In this document: one piece after another, positions 1-12,010 of the stretch
Position numbering within the stretch: position 1 is the first letter of the stretch
How the letters are laid out: each line of letters begins with the position of its first letter
From: Raja brachyura
Lineage: Eukaryota
Direction of reading: 5' to 3'
NCBI GenBank assembly: GCA_963514005.1
Contig: OY740787.1
Location: 34,968,001 to 35,032,000 of the forward strand
DNA: 64,000 nucleotides
Notes under the pieces: model-generated
Database searches by the model: none
Told to the model about the DNA's origin: nothing
What the model saw: only the letters and a program-made list of their open reading frames with translations
Program-made: the position numbers and the translations under genes

Positions 1-352
1 GGGTGCAGGGCCCAGGCTTGAGTTCTTGGCATATCCCGAAGATCCTCGATTATGTGTGGTTGATCACTGGCACCAGTATATTACAGTCACCAGGAGCCTC
101 AGAGATGCAGATTTAGCTGTCCTAATCAGCCACAAAAAGGCACACCATAGGGTGTCAACACAAACTATTTCCAGATGGCTAAAAGAGGTACCGGCATTTG
201 CAAGAGTAGATACTGGCATTTACAAATCTCACTCCACCAGGGCTGCATCAATGTCAGCAGCAAGGGCTATGGACGTGCCCCTCGATAGCATCCTAGCCGC
301 AGCAGGATGAGCCAATGAAAGGATGTTCCGCCAGTTTTATAATAAACTCATT
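1..352 (+). pseudogene. C-terminal part of a DIRS-type tyrosine recombinase, inactivated
   Basis: ORF 26-310 reads ...STQTISRWLK...YKSHSTRAASMSAA...ILAAAG*. Past the TGA (where the W of the usual GW motif is expected) the frame continues ANERMFRQFYNK. HSTR (HxxR), GW and the FY catalytic Tyr are tyrosine-recombinase hallmarks. Confidence 0.9.
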
Positions 353-916
353 GCCGGACCGGGGTTGTTTGCACGTACTATTTTTAATTCAGTTTATAGT
401 TACCCCCCAGGTTGAGCGGGGTCACTATTGTTTTTGTTTTGCATTAAAGCATCAGTTTTGTTATCTAAATATGTTATGTCTGAATGCTTTAATATTTTTT
501 TCTCACTCACCCATGGTCAATCCATTCAGTGTGTGACGTCTGGATTCGAACCGGCGTGAAATCACAGAGCTTTGAAATCTTCACGTAGTCACTCACGTGA
601 CTCCGAAGTAAAGTAGTAAGATTAAACGAGAACTTACCAGTTTGAAGTTTGATCTTGATTTTGTGAGGAGTTACGATGAGCGATTACATGCCCACCGCTC
701 CCAACCCTCATATTATCAGGTCATCTGGTAGTTCTAGTTTCTCCAAATCTTACTATCTTTAGGTCAACTTATTTTTATCTGTGATTCCACACCGCTGCTT
801 TGAAGATTGACGCGCATGACGACTGACGGCCTTCTTCACGTAATCGCTCATCGTAACGCCTCATAAAATCAAGATCAAACTTCAAACTGGTAAGTTCTCA
901 TTTAATGTTACTATTT
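1..916 (+). mobile_element. 3' end of a DIRS1-like retrotransposon (YR, internal complementary region, right terminal repeat)
   Basis: YR remnant followed by an ~80-bp inverted repeat: 611-690 (aagtagtaagattaaacgagaacttaccagtttgaag...gcgattacatg) pairs with 837-916. This matches DIRS ICR/terminal repeat architecture. Confidence 0.85.
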
Positions 917-937
917 TTAACCATATTTTGGTGGTGG

Positions 938-1066
938 AAATAAATGCCTTTCTAAGCCTTTTTTTTTGGTCAATAAATGCCTTTTTCGTCCCTTTTTTGT
1001 AGTTTTATTATGCCTTTTTGCCTGCCTATTTCAGAGTTTTTTAATGCCTAAACATCCTGGCTCTAG
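938..1066. repeat. Subterminal ATGCCT(TTT) repeat array, probable end of a DNA transposon disrupted by the DIRS insertion
   Basis: Four ATGCCT units ending in cctaaacatcctggctcta. Family assignment is inference only. Confidence 0.3.
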
Positions 1067-1617
1067 TGATTACCTTATACAATCTCTATATCTATCCAAA
1101 AACTCTGAATGATCTATTCAAAAATGAATCAAATTGAACTAAAAGTGTTAAGAAAAGGCAGCCTAAAATATAGATTGGTTATGTCAGGATAAAGCCATCA
1201 GTTAATCAATGAAAGACTGATTTAACTATGCAATGTATACAATGACTGATGAACAGGTGTTTCACATTGCGTACTTACAAAAGCCTAGTTAATATTTCAA
1301 TCAATTATGACTTTATTAGCATTTAAGACAAATTTTCTGTATCTGAAAAATGAATAAATCAAGCAATTTAGCCTGCATTTTAATAGCATGTATGCCTGCA
1401 TTTTGAAACAAAGTATGAAACCCTAATTGGGTTACAATTTCAAACATATTCATCTCACCTGTCTGCAAGGAAAGAAAGAAGCTCCAAATAAACTCTCTGT
1501 CAAATATGGATTGCAAATTATGTATATATTGCAGTATACATTGCATAAGGCACTCAAAACAGTGAAATTAGCAAATTTTACAATCAGACAGTGATCACGA
1601 AATTTTAGCATTTAGAA

Positions 1618-1745
1618 TTATAGAATCATAGACCACAAAAGCAGGCCATTTGGCCTAACTCATTAATGCTAACCAATCCTTGTTATTAACCTAATTTCCC
1701 AGCACTTGGTCCTACGCTCTCTATGCCTAAGCAATTCAAATAATT
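1618..1745 (-). mobile_element. CR1-type LINE 3' tail fragment
   Basis: atagaatcatag...gcaggccatttggcc, the reverse complement of the CR1 tail seen elsewhere in the window. Confidence 0.6.
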
Positions 1746-1829
1746 ATCAGACAGTGTTTTCCAGTTACCTTCCATATGCTATATATATATATATATACAC
1801 ACATTACAATTATACAAGATATTAATGAG

Positions 1830-2312
1830 GGCACATATGGAGTATTGGATTTGGTTTTGGGCACCCTAGGAAGGATGTTAAGCTGGAAAGAGTGCAGATA
1901 AGATTTACAAGGATATTGCTTGGGACTTGAAGGCCTGAGATATAGGGAGAGGTTGGGCAGCTAGGACTTTATTTATTGGAGTGCAGAATGCTGAAGGGTG
2001 ATCCTATTGAGGTATAGAGTAGGGAAATCAAGAACCAGAGGACATTGGTTTAAGGTAAGAGGGGCAAGATTTAATGGGAATCTGTGGTGCAACGTTTCAC
2101 ACAGGGTTTGGTGGGTAGATGGAATGAGCTGCCAGAATAGGTACTATAACAAGATTTAAAAATCATTTGGCCAGGTACATGGACAGGAAATATTTAGAAG
2201 GTTAACTGCCAAACACTGGCAGTTGGGATTGTTCTAGGTTGGGCATCTTGGTCAGCATGGGCAAGTTTAGTCGAAGGCCCTGTTTCTGTGCTATACGGGT
2301 CTATGACTCTAT
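1830..2312 (+). mobile_element. CR1-type LINE 3' fragment (degenerate)
   Basis: ggaaggatgtt...gtgcagataagatttacaaggat...ggaatgagctgccag...gaaggccctgtttctgtgct...ctatgactctat. Homologous to the 6200-6577 copy. Confidence 0.8.
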
Positions 2313-3339
2313 ATACTCTGCTGAATTCAGGGATTTAAACCACCTTATCTCATTTAAACCATCTTATTTTATTTCATTACCGTTCTTCCTTGCCCAATAG
2401 AAATGGTTTCTTCTTTCACTTGTTCAGTCATTTATATGTTTTATTTCATGACAGCTTTAAAAATCCAGTCAAAATTAACCAAACAATGGTCAATTAAGGA
2501 TCTTGATATGGGTATAAATCTCCCAAGAACAACAAAACAATTAAAGGGTAACATTTGTCATGCTTTGATAAATACAGAGATCTGGAATTATTGGAGTATA
2601 TGACTGAAAAGTAGCAAATGGAGTTCTAATATATTGAAAACAGGAATAAAGCCTAACCTGTAATTACGGTCTTAACATGCTTAGTAGATAAACTGCTTGA
2701 GGGCACGCCACAAGATTGTTATCAATTAATCTTTTGAAGATAACATAACAAGCAGTCTTCATAGTCATACTTTAGAAATGTAATGATATTTTCTTTGGAT
2801 GCAACTAATCCATTGTGTAATTGTTTCTTTTTTAAATGTTAAGTAAGTGTTTGAAAATATTCTACAAATTAATCAAATTGTGAATGTTATGGTTCATTGA
2901 GTAAAAGACAAATTGGCCAGGTGGATTCAAAAGTGGCCTTAACAAAAGAAAATATGTAGGCCTAGATTTATTACCCAACCCATTAAAACACATTTCCTGG
3001 CAGGGAGAAGAGGGAGGGCTCTGCCACTGAATTACTGGATTCCAGGTCTCAAAAGCAGGAAGCAACTAATTTTTTTTTTATTTTTTAATAAATGATAGGG
3101 TCTCCTTGTTGGCCTGCAGAGGCTTGTGCTCTGTCAACATTTGCGCATGCCCATGCAGATGACCACTGGAGTTTGCATCATTCGGAAATAGTGCAAATAA
3201 TAAGTTCACCTGGAACAGAGCTTTATGGGACATCACTGGTTATTTTGACTGATGGAGTACTTTACATATATTAAGCCACGAGTCTCAATCTCTATCATAA
3301 GGATGCTACAATCCTGGGTCAAACAAGCAGCCTACATGA

Positions 3340-3960
3340 TCAATGCATCATTATAACACTCATGTGGGAAAATGCCAGAACTGGCAGGGGCATACTTGTC
3401 ACTTCCTTCCATCTAGTCCATCTTCAAGGTGTGTTGTATCAGGAAGACTAAAAGTACCATCAACAATTCCTGCCACCCTGGCCAATCCCTTTTCTCTTTT
3501 CTTCCCTTTGCAGAACGGTACCGAAGTTTAAAAACCCAGTCATCAGACTTATGGACCTGTCCCACTCAGCCGATTCTTTAGGCGACTGCCAGTGACTAGT
3601 TTTAATGGAATTCACCTATGACACCTGGCAACAATCTATGACAACACCTATGATAACCTACGACAACACCTACGTCACCCTACAACAGCAAAAATAGTTG
3701 CCAATGTTGCCAAAATAATTTCAATAGTCGCCCAAAAAATCGCCTAAGTGGGACAGGCCCATTCAGGACAGCTTCTTCCCAACTGTTATCAGACTGCTGA
3801 TTCAAACACATCACCTTCCCAGAGGTGTCGCCATGTACTTTTTCCCATAACTCTACCACATTCGGTTATTCCATTATTGCACTTTTTTTTAACATGACAT
3901 CAGATTGCACAACAACCTTTGCACAATTCTGTTGGTTTGCTTTCACTATTGGATTTATTG
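3340..3960 (+). mobile_element. L2/Rex1-like LINE 3' remnant interrupted by a MITE
   Basis: catcagact...caggacagcttcttcccaactgttatcagactgctg encodes the C-terminal R-L-x-x-SFFP-xVIRLL-type motif, split by the 3551-3762 insertion. Confidence 0.5.
3551..3762. mobile_element. MITE (non-autonomous DNA transposon, possibly Harbinger/PIF-like)
   Basis: Terminal inverted repeats atggacctgtcccactcagccgatt / aatcgcctaagtgggacaggcccat. The interior has ~10-13-bp ACAAC(A)CCTAYG tandem units. Confidence 0.8.
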
Positions 3961-3967
3961 TTGTATC

Positions 3968-4762
3968 TACAGTGCATTCTGAAAGTATTCAGACCCCTTC
4001 ACTTTATCCACATTTTGTTACATTACAACCTTATTTTAAAATGGATTAAATTAATTTGTTTTAATCATCACTCTACACACAATACCCCATAATAAATAAG
4101 CAAAAACAGGTGTTTAGAAATTTTTGCAAAGTAATTGAAAAGAAATAACTGAAATACCACATTTACATACGTATTCAGACCCTTTATTCAGTACTTTGTT
4201 GAGGTATCTTTGGCAGCGGTTACAACCTCAAGTCTTGGGTATGACACTACAAGCTTGACACAACTGTATTTGGATAATTTCTCCCATTCTTCTCTGCAGA
4301 TCCTCTCAAGCTCTGTCAGGTTGGATAGGGAGTGTCAATGCACAGCTATTTTCAGGTCCCTCCAGAGATGTCTGATCGGGTTCAAGTCTGGGCACAGGCT
4401 GGGCCACTCAAGGGCATTCACAGAAGCCACTCCTGCGTTGACTTGGTAGTGTGTTTAGGTCGTTGTCCTGTTGGAAGGTGATCATCAAGGATCTCTCTGT
4501 TCTTTGCTCCGTTCATCTTTCCCTCGATCTTGATTAGTCTCCCAGTCCCTGCCGCTGAAAAACATCCCCACAGCATGATGCTGCCACCATCATGCTTCAC
4601 CGTAGGTATGGTATTGTCCAGTTGATGAGCGGTGCCTGCTTTCCTCAAGACGTTCAGGCCAAAGAGTTCAATCTTGTTTTCATCAGACAAGAAAATCTTG
4701 TTTCTCATGCCTTTTGGCAAACTCCAAGCAGGCTGTCATGTGCCTTTTAATGAGTCGTGGCT
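3968..4762 (-). mobile_element. Tc1-like DNA transposon remnant (one IR/DR-type end plus deleted, frameshifted transposase)
   Basis: TA+CAGTGC terminus at 3968-3975. gtattcagacc direct repeats at ~3986 and ~4171. Minus ORF 4418-4720 contains [10 protein letters not shown]...[24 protein letters not shown], the Tc1 DDE-domain motifs. Confidence 0.92.
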
Positions 4763-4949
4763 AATTCTGAGTCTGTCTTTGAGTTTCACGTATCTTCCCA
4801 ATCTACTGACAGCCAGAATCTGACAAGGCGATATATATTTCATAATGGGTCTGCAATTAGCTATCCAAACTCTGGGTATCTCTGTATTTAAATGTTAGAT
4901 TTATTTTTACCTCCCAATAAATTAGAAGTATAAAAGATCTAAGCCTTAA

Positions 4950-5110
4950 TTTTCCTGACTCATTGCTTAATATATGAGAAGTCGTCTGCCTGGGAAAAGT
5001 AACCAGTGGCATTCCATAGGGATCTGTTCTAGTCTGTCTGTTATTTGCTCTATTTATGAATGATATTGGACTGAGTGTCTGTAAAAGCATGAGTGCATTC
5101 ATTGGCACAT
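4950..5110 (+). mobile_element. Old CR1 reverse-transcriptase fragment
   Basis: gtaaccagtggcattccatagggatctgttcta...tttatgaatgat corresponds to a decayed [11 protein letters not shown]...FIND motif. Confidence 0.55.
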
Positions 5111-5729
5111 GAAGCTATTTGGATAGAGGAAATGTATTATATTTATATATTAGAGAATCAAACAGAGGGTTTCATATATTGTAATTGGATATTGATGTAA
5201 ATTAACGTGGAAAAATGCATGCAGAAACTAGCAGCAGCAAACAAAGGCAGCCGGAAACATGGCATTGAAATGAATCAAACTTGCAATGCAATTAAATAAT
5301 GGTTTTTATAAAGGGCAGCCTCGTTATAATGACAATATGGATGATCAAAACAAGTTTTTTAATAATTGGTTAACTCTTCCGAAACTAAAATAAAATAACC
5401 TGTAGTAGGCTAATAATTATTGAAGATATCCAATGAGCCACACGCGTATGTCATAGCAAAGTAAGGAAGAGGCCGCATTGTCCAATGAGCCCATGGAAGC
5501 TCCCTGGAAAACAATTCATAAACTGATCTCAACAATTTATACACTGCTCTCTTCCTATAGCCCTGGAAGTCTATTTCTTTCAAGTGTTGATCCAATTTTC
5601 TGTTTAAATCCATTCAACCCTTCCATTTCTTCCATCCTTGTAGGCAGTGAATTTCAGGTCATTACCACTTGCTGACTAAAATGTTCTTCTTCTTCGCAAC
5701 ATTCTGAAGCCTTAACCCTAAATCTACAT

Positions 5730-5870
5730 GTTTAAGAAGGAACTGCAGATGCTGGAAAATCGAAGGGAGACAAAAGTGCTGGAGGAAGGGTTTCGGCCTG
5801 AAACATTGCCTATTTCCTTCGCTCGTCAGATGCTGCTGCACCCGCTGAGTTTCTTCAGCACTTTTGTCAA
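5730..5870 (+). mobile_element. Penelope-like (PLE) pLTR-derived short fold-back insertion in an old CR1 tail
   Basis: Inverted arms gacaaaagtgctgga / ttcagcacttttgtc and a degenerate hammerhead core (ctggagga-agggtttcggcct-gaaac). Flanked by cctaaatctacat (5717-5729) and cctaaatgtacat (5871-5883). Confidence 0.7.
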
Positions 5871-6199
5871 CCTAAATGTACATTATTTAAATCTGTCAAA
5901 ATATTGTATATTACATCAAATTTATCATTTTCCTTCTTTGCTGCAAGAAGTAACCTACCTCCAATTTATTAGTGTAGTAAATATTGCTTATCCCTGGAAC
6001 CATTCTAATGGAACACCTCTGCAAACTCGCAATTACTTATGTTTGATGGTATTTCTAATTGTTACACAATCAGATTTTTGTATAGGTTCAGCATCAGTTT
6101 TCTCCATATGTATCTGTACCTCTATTCATGCAGCACCAAATCCCAAATGTTATTCTAACTGTTCCCTAAATATGCCCAAGCCAACAGTGAGCAATGAAT

Positions 6200-6577
6200 C
6201 ATAAAGTCTTAGAGTGATACAGCATGGAAACAGGCCCCTCAGCCCAACTTGCCCACACCAGCCAACATGTCCCAGCAACACTGGTCCCACCTGCTCAAGT
6301 TTGGTCCAAACCCCTCCAAACCCGTCCTACCCATGTACCTGTCTAACTGTTTCTTAAATGTTTGGATAGTCCCTGCCTCAACTACCTCCTCTGGCAGCTT
6401 GTTCCATACACCCACCACCCTTTGTGTGAAAAAGTTACCCCTCAGATTTCTGTCAAATGTTTTCCCCTTCACCTTAAACCTATGTCCTCGGGTCCTCGTT
6501 TCACCTACTCTGGGCAAGAGACTCTGTGCATCTTCCCAATCTATTCCTCTCATGATTTTATACACCTATATAAGATC
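6200..6577 (-). mobile_element. CR1-type LINE 3' end (ORF2 C-terminus and tail)
   Basis: ORF 6239-6565 YKIMRGID...TRTRGHRFKV...FFTQRVVGVWNKLPEEVVEA...FKKQLD is the classic CR1 ORF2 C-terminus. Confidence 0.92.
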
Positions 6578-6599
6578 AATGCTAGGCATAAATCATGAA

Positions 6600-7030
6600 C
6601 ACTGAGTTTTGGATCTTGATCTCCAAATACTCTTTTCTGCAGACTGCCGAAGGCTGTCCTGCTATGCTGAAGGCACTGGTGAATTTCAACAACAATGTCT
6701 GCTTTCATTCAGTAGTGAATGAAATGTCTAAAGGTGGCTTGGCTTCAGTTGAAGAGAGGAGGTTACATACCTTGAACATTGCCTGTTATTCCTGCAGATT
6801 AGCACGACTCCAGCTAGAGGTGGATTCTCTAACGACTCCTGTTAGAGGTGAGATGCACCACTATAGCAAAAATGATAGAGAAAATTATTGGGGCGATGAG
6901 TCAGTCTTGCTTGACATGAATCTTGTAATAAGATTGTCCACTGTGGAATTATTGGTCAAAATCATTGCCTGCAGGCATAAAACAGTTGAATTTCTGTAGA
7001 CAACAAATATTTTATAGGATGTTCCACATT
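6600..7030 (-). mobile_element. RTE-like LINE reverse-transcriptase remnant
   Basis: Minus strand shows decayed VKQ..IAP.IFSI and AGVVLICRNN segments resembling the RTE GVKQGC.IAP.LFSI and GV.L.YR.DG motifs. Confidence 0.45.
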
Positions 7031-7639
7031 CTCTCATGACTAGGAGTTAATAACTTTCACGAGTTTACATCTATCACGTATGTTGTTGCATGCTGCATAA
7101 CTTTTGATATTCCCATTCATTGTGCTTCAAGCTAGACAAAATCCACATTGCAGCTCCGGTAGCAGCTATTTTGCAACTGGGTGGAGATGAACCCTGCCCT
7201 ATATATGTGTCTGAATCTCAGACTGCCTTAAAGCACTGTGAAGATAACATCAAAGGCCATGTAAGCTGTCATTAGCTTCATGTCTGGATATTAAAATAAT
7301 CAAGGGATTTGAGGATAGTAGCTGGAAAAGAGTGCGGAGGTTAAAGCTCAATCATAGATCAGTGGGCGAGCTCAATGGACACAACAGCCTTCTCCTGCTC
7401 ATTTGTGTTATGTTGTTATGCTCTTATTTGTCAGGAAAAGTAGTGGACGTGATCTGCACCCACCCCATCAAGTGCTTCCTGCTTCATCCGTGGCAGAATC
7501 AGCAGTCTACACTTTGTCCTTATCAGCCATCTGAGCTCACAGAATTGAAGTGGAGCAAGCCATCGTGACCCAAAGGGTATGATCATCAAGTAAAGAACAT
7601 GTGCTGTCTTCTTCCTAGATATAAGCATATACAGTAACC

Positions 7640-8100
7640 CCCTAGTTCTCCCGTTCCATTACACACTTTTGAATTAAGCTTTTGTCTGTACTTCCTTTCT
7701 TCATCACTTCCATCAACATGAATCACCTCTCACCACTCTGTATTAAATTCCATTGCCTAATATCTGCCTGTTTCTCTTGTCTAGGTTTGTTAAAGTTGAT
7801 TGGTACCTTTGTCCATGTTAGCCATACCACCAACTTCTGTATCACCAAGAAAGGTTGAAATCTTTCTCCACATTCCAATACCCAAGCCATTTGTATGTTT
7901 CAAAAATAGCAATGATTCTCACACTAATATTTGGAACATCACTATCTACCATCCTACTGCTTAACAAACATTTGCATGATTCAGTCCTTTCTATCCTTAA
8001 GTCAAATCTATTTTCAGGCTGACATTAACCCTACTATTTCATTTGTTTCAATTTTGTTAATCAACTTTTCATGTGGTACATTAACAAATACTCCTTCACA
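7640..8100 (-). mobile_element. Old CR1 RT remnant
   Basis: cttctgtatcacc, ttggaacatcact and ttttcatgtggtacatt are decayed minus-strand RT motifs. Confidence 0.45.
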
Positions 8101-8239
8101 TCCAATGCTCCCTCACATCCAATCCTTTGGAGTCAGCCCTGTATTTTGGGACATCAGACCAGTTTGGTCTTTTTTAAAGAAAAGCCTAGTGCGCATCTCT
8201 TCTGCATTCTTAATTAAACCATAGTTAATCCTCAGTCTG

Positions 8240-8560
8240 CATCAATTGTGCTGAAGTGGACATAATCGAAAGCTTCAAGTTCTTAACTGAAAATATCACT
8301 AATAACTTGTCCTGGTCTGACCCATTGACGCTACAGCCCAGAAAGCAAATCAGAAGACTAAGAATATTCTGCATATCAACAATGACTCTTATCAATTTCT
8401 ACAGATTCCATAGTAAGCATCTTTTTTTTGGCCATAGTCATTTACTCTTCCACCCTCTCCCATGGGACAAGAAGACACAAAACCTTGAAAGTACATACCA
8501 CAAGATTCAAGAAAATATTTTTCCTCCTTGTTTTCAGACTACTGTACAGATATCCCAACG
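8240..8560 (+). mobile_element. L2/Rex1-like LINE 3' remnant
   Basis: Translations ESFKFL..NITNNLSWS and KTLKVHTTRFKKIFF...RLL. Confidence 0.55.
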
Positions 8561-11104
8561 TTAAGACCTCCCAGGCACACATTAGCTGTATACCAATCTA
8601 TCACCCCCCCCTCCTCTCCCTTGCGGGCCTATCGAACTAGTGAGGCAATATGTAGGCATTGTGTTGGAACCTGGCACACTATCTGCGTGGAATGGTTCTG
8701 TGAATACAACTAAGTCAGGCTGCTGCTTGACTAATCACTAGGATAACTGTCCAAAGTAGACCTTAGTCCCTGGACATTTGTGGAAAGGGCTTTACAAAGT
8801 TGACTGACTGAAATAACTCTGCTATGACTATGTCTGATGCCCGAGTTAACCAAATAGCTTACTCGCCAAATCCAAGGGCATTTAAGTATCAATCATATCG
8901 GTGGGTCTGGAGTCACATTCAGGCCAGACTCACTAATGCTGGCAGATGCTTTGGGAAGTTTACCCAAAAGGTTTCCCTAACTTTCCTCAAAGCACTCTTT
9001 AAGATTGTTCTGTCTAGACATCTTATCAGGCAATTACAATGTTTCGTGGTTAATATACAGGATTGGCAATTGTGGCATGAATCCAGATTCTATTTGACTT
9101 TCAGGTGGGAGATTTATCAACTGGAGTAAACTGACAGCCAACAACTTTAAAGGGCTGACAGATCAAAGTCCGTTGAGAAGAATATTCAGAAATATTATCT
9201 ACTTGAACTTTGTTTCACAAAAGATAAGGGTGGATAAAATCAGAGTCTTCTTTGCAGATTAATATATGGAATGGAGTATGATAGAATAATTCTACAGGGA
9301 ATTTGGTTGGTCTGGGTTTTGCAGGTTGAGTCGTCAGATGATGAGCTCAGATAAATTAATTTGTGGCATACCAGTTGGTGTAAGTTTATCCATCTGATGC
9401 ATGAGCTGCCAGCAGGAATCAGATCAGGTCAGCACTACCAGCAGGAATAAGGTCAGGTTAGGGCTACCACCAAGAGTTGGGTTTGGGCACATATATTTCA
9501 ATCAAGCTACCTAACAAGACTTCCACATTCAGGTCTGCACAACACATTTTAATAATTTTTGTAGGCCTCTTTAATAAATATTTTTACATTTCATATTCTA
9601 AAATGTTTAAATTGGATTATTATGCATACATTTAGCAGCTCACAAAATGAATAATTATCACAATATGTTTTAATCCATTTATGTCCTTCAGGTGAGGAAC
9701 TTTACCACCATTACCTAGTCGGGCACATATGTAATTCTTACCTGTCAATAGGTTGACCATTGAATTTCATTGGGATAGGATGATATGCTTCCATCCACAC
9801 TATTCAGGCCATGAGATATTACTTCTCCAGTAATCATCACATCGCCAAGAAATGAATAAATTGTAGAAAAAAACAACACAGGACAAGCAAGCAGCCTTCA
9901 GGATCAAGTCGAGATACATTCCAGGGAGTGAGACCTATTGATGGCACGTATGGGTGGCAGGCCTCCATCACTAAAATCCAGACCATCCTGTTTAGATTAC
10001 AACTTGATATAATTTTGCAGAAGGACTGGGTTGGATCTGACTACCAGCTGGGAAGACAAAATCTTTGCAGACAGGACAAGTAGGGAATAGTGATGCTGAA
10101 GTGGAGAGAGTGAAGGAAATGGAAAATCAGAGCAGTAGATTAAACAAAAATGTGATTGATAAGGGATTAGCCAGGGATGTATATGCCTTCCTAAGAACTT
10201 TTTCCAGTGGAAGGTATATCGTAAATCTTTAGCGTCTCAACAACATTATTATATTCTCATTAACCTAATTACATATACAGTATTTATTGTTCTAATTTTG
10301 CAGTTTATCTTGGGTTTGTTGAAATGTTGTAGTTGATGACTCCCAAAGAAATACATTTATACTTTCAATGCACTAGTCAACCATTTCCAACTGCACAGTG
10401 ATAAAAAGATCCTAACTTAAAGAAAAACCAAGGAATCAGTTAAAATATCTGCAGAATATTTTATGACGTTTGTTGCTTACCTAATCATGTATAGTGCACC
10501 ATTGGAGGCTGATAAATACGTTTTGAAATCAATGTGAGGTAATTGATAAATAATATTTACAATGGAGTTTTATTTTGCATCATTCCAGTAAAACAAATCT
10601 GACTTGGGTGAATGAGAAAAAGCATAAGAAAGACGCAGTTAGTTTCCTGAAAATATACTCTTGTCATGAAGCTTCATTAATATGAAAAAAAAAATCACAT
10701 TAGGAATCACATTATAAATCTTGAAACAAAATTTTCCTGTGGCACTATTCAAACATAATTCAGTAAAAAATATTATCTGTAATTACTTGTCCTTTTCTGT
10801 TTATTAGATAAAGGTACTGTGGTAAGATGTGAATTACAAGCATTCAGCCACCCCATTCAGTATCTACAGAATCTGTTCATTACCCCTGTGATTTTGCTCA
10901 AAGGTGCCATTGGAATGTTAAGAACACACAAATTAGCACTGTTCTGCTTCTGTGATGCTTGATATTGGGATAAGGCTATATTACAAGATCCACTGCTTTA
11001 AGAAAACAAAATAAAATGTCATAATTTGTTCAAGAATCTGAAATTAAAATGAAAGTAGCATTTAAATAAATAGTCAAAGTATTTTAATACACCAAGCTGG
11101 TGAA

Positions 11105-12010
11105 TACAAGAAAATGGGAACAGGAAAATGGCCACCAGGCCCCTCAAGCCTATCCTGCCATTTAATATGATCATGGCTGATCTGTCCTGGCTTCAATTCC
11201 TCTTCTGTACCTGTTCTCCATAAATTTAATCTCCACTTTTCCAATATTTACCTATCTCCATCTTAAATATATCTAATGAACTGGCCTCAATCAGCCTCAG
11301 GGGCAGAGAATTATAAAGATTCACTATTCCCTGAGAACAGAAATTTCAGCACATCTCAGTTTTAAGTAGCCAGCTCCTTATTTGTTTTAGACATGTCCCC
11401 TTGATCATGATTGCCCCACTGGTGACAACATTTCAACATCGTAAAGTTCCTCTAGGATCTTATATATTTGAATAGTCACCCCTTATTCATCTAAACTCAA
11501 AGGAATACAGACCTGAAACTACCTAGCTTCTCTTGATAGGATACCTTTCTTATCCCAGGAATTAGCCTTTTAATTACCCGAAACAAGAGTGCTGACTCTG
11601 ACTTGATTACACCTTATTGTGATAAGCAGACCAGAACTGTGCACAGGTGTGGCCTCACCAACAACCTGTTCAACAATAACAAAACCTCACAATTCTTAAA
11701 CCCCCTTGCTATAAAGGCCAATATGCCATTTTTCCCCTTACTTTCTTGTTGTAACACCCTGCTAACATTTTGTGATCCATTAATCAGAACACCTAGATAT
11801 CTCTGTGCTTCCCTCACTTGCAGGCTCCTTCCATTCAGATAATAACGCACATTATGATTCCTCTGGCTGAAATGCACAACCTCACACTTCTCCACATTGA
11901 ACTCCATTTGCCAGTTTTGTAGCCAATCACTCAATCTATCATTATCTATTGGCAGAATCATGGTGACCTCATCTTAACTTGTCCTTTCACCTATTTTCAT
12001 ATTGTGGGCA
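11105..12010 (-). mobile_element. CR1-type LINE 3' fragment
   Basis: ORF 11614-11961 WQMEFNVEKCEVVHF...RYLGVLI...LVRPHL, with a CR1 tail at ~11105-11190. Confidence 0.88.

Noticed and set aside
26-310. Phage integrase or bacterial contamination
   Set aside because: The following ICR/terminal inverted repeat and vertebrate repeat context identify it as a DIRS recombinase.
3615-3690. Short repeat array as a CRISPR-like locus
   Set aside because: No unique spacers, eukaryotic context, and it lies inside a MITE.
5728-6204. 158-aa ORF
   Set aside because: Chimeric read-through of a PLE insert and an antisense CR1 remnant.
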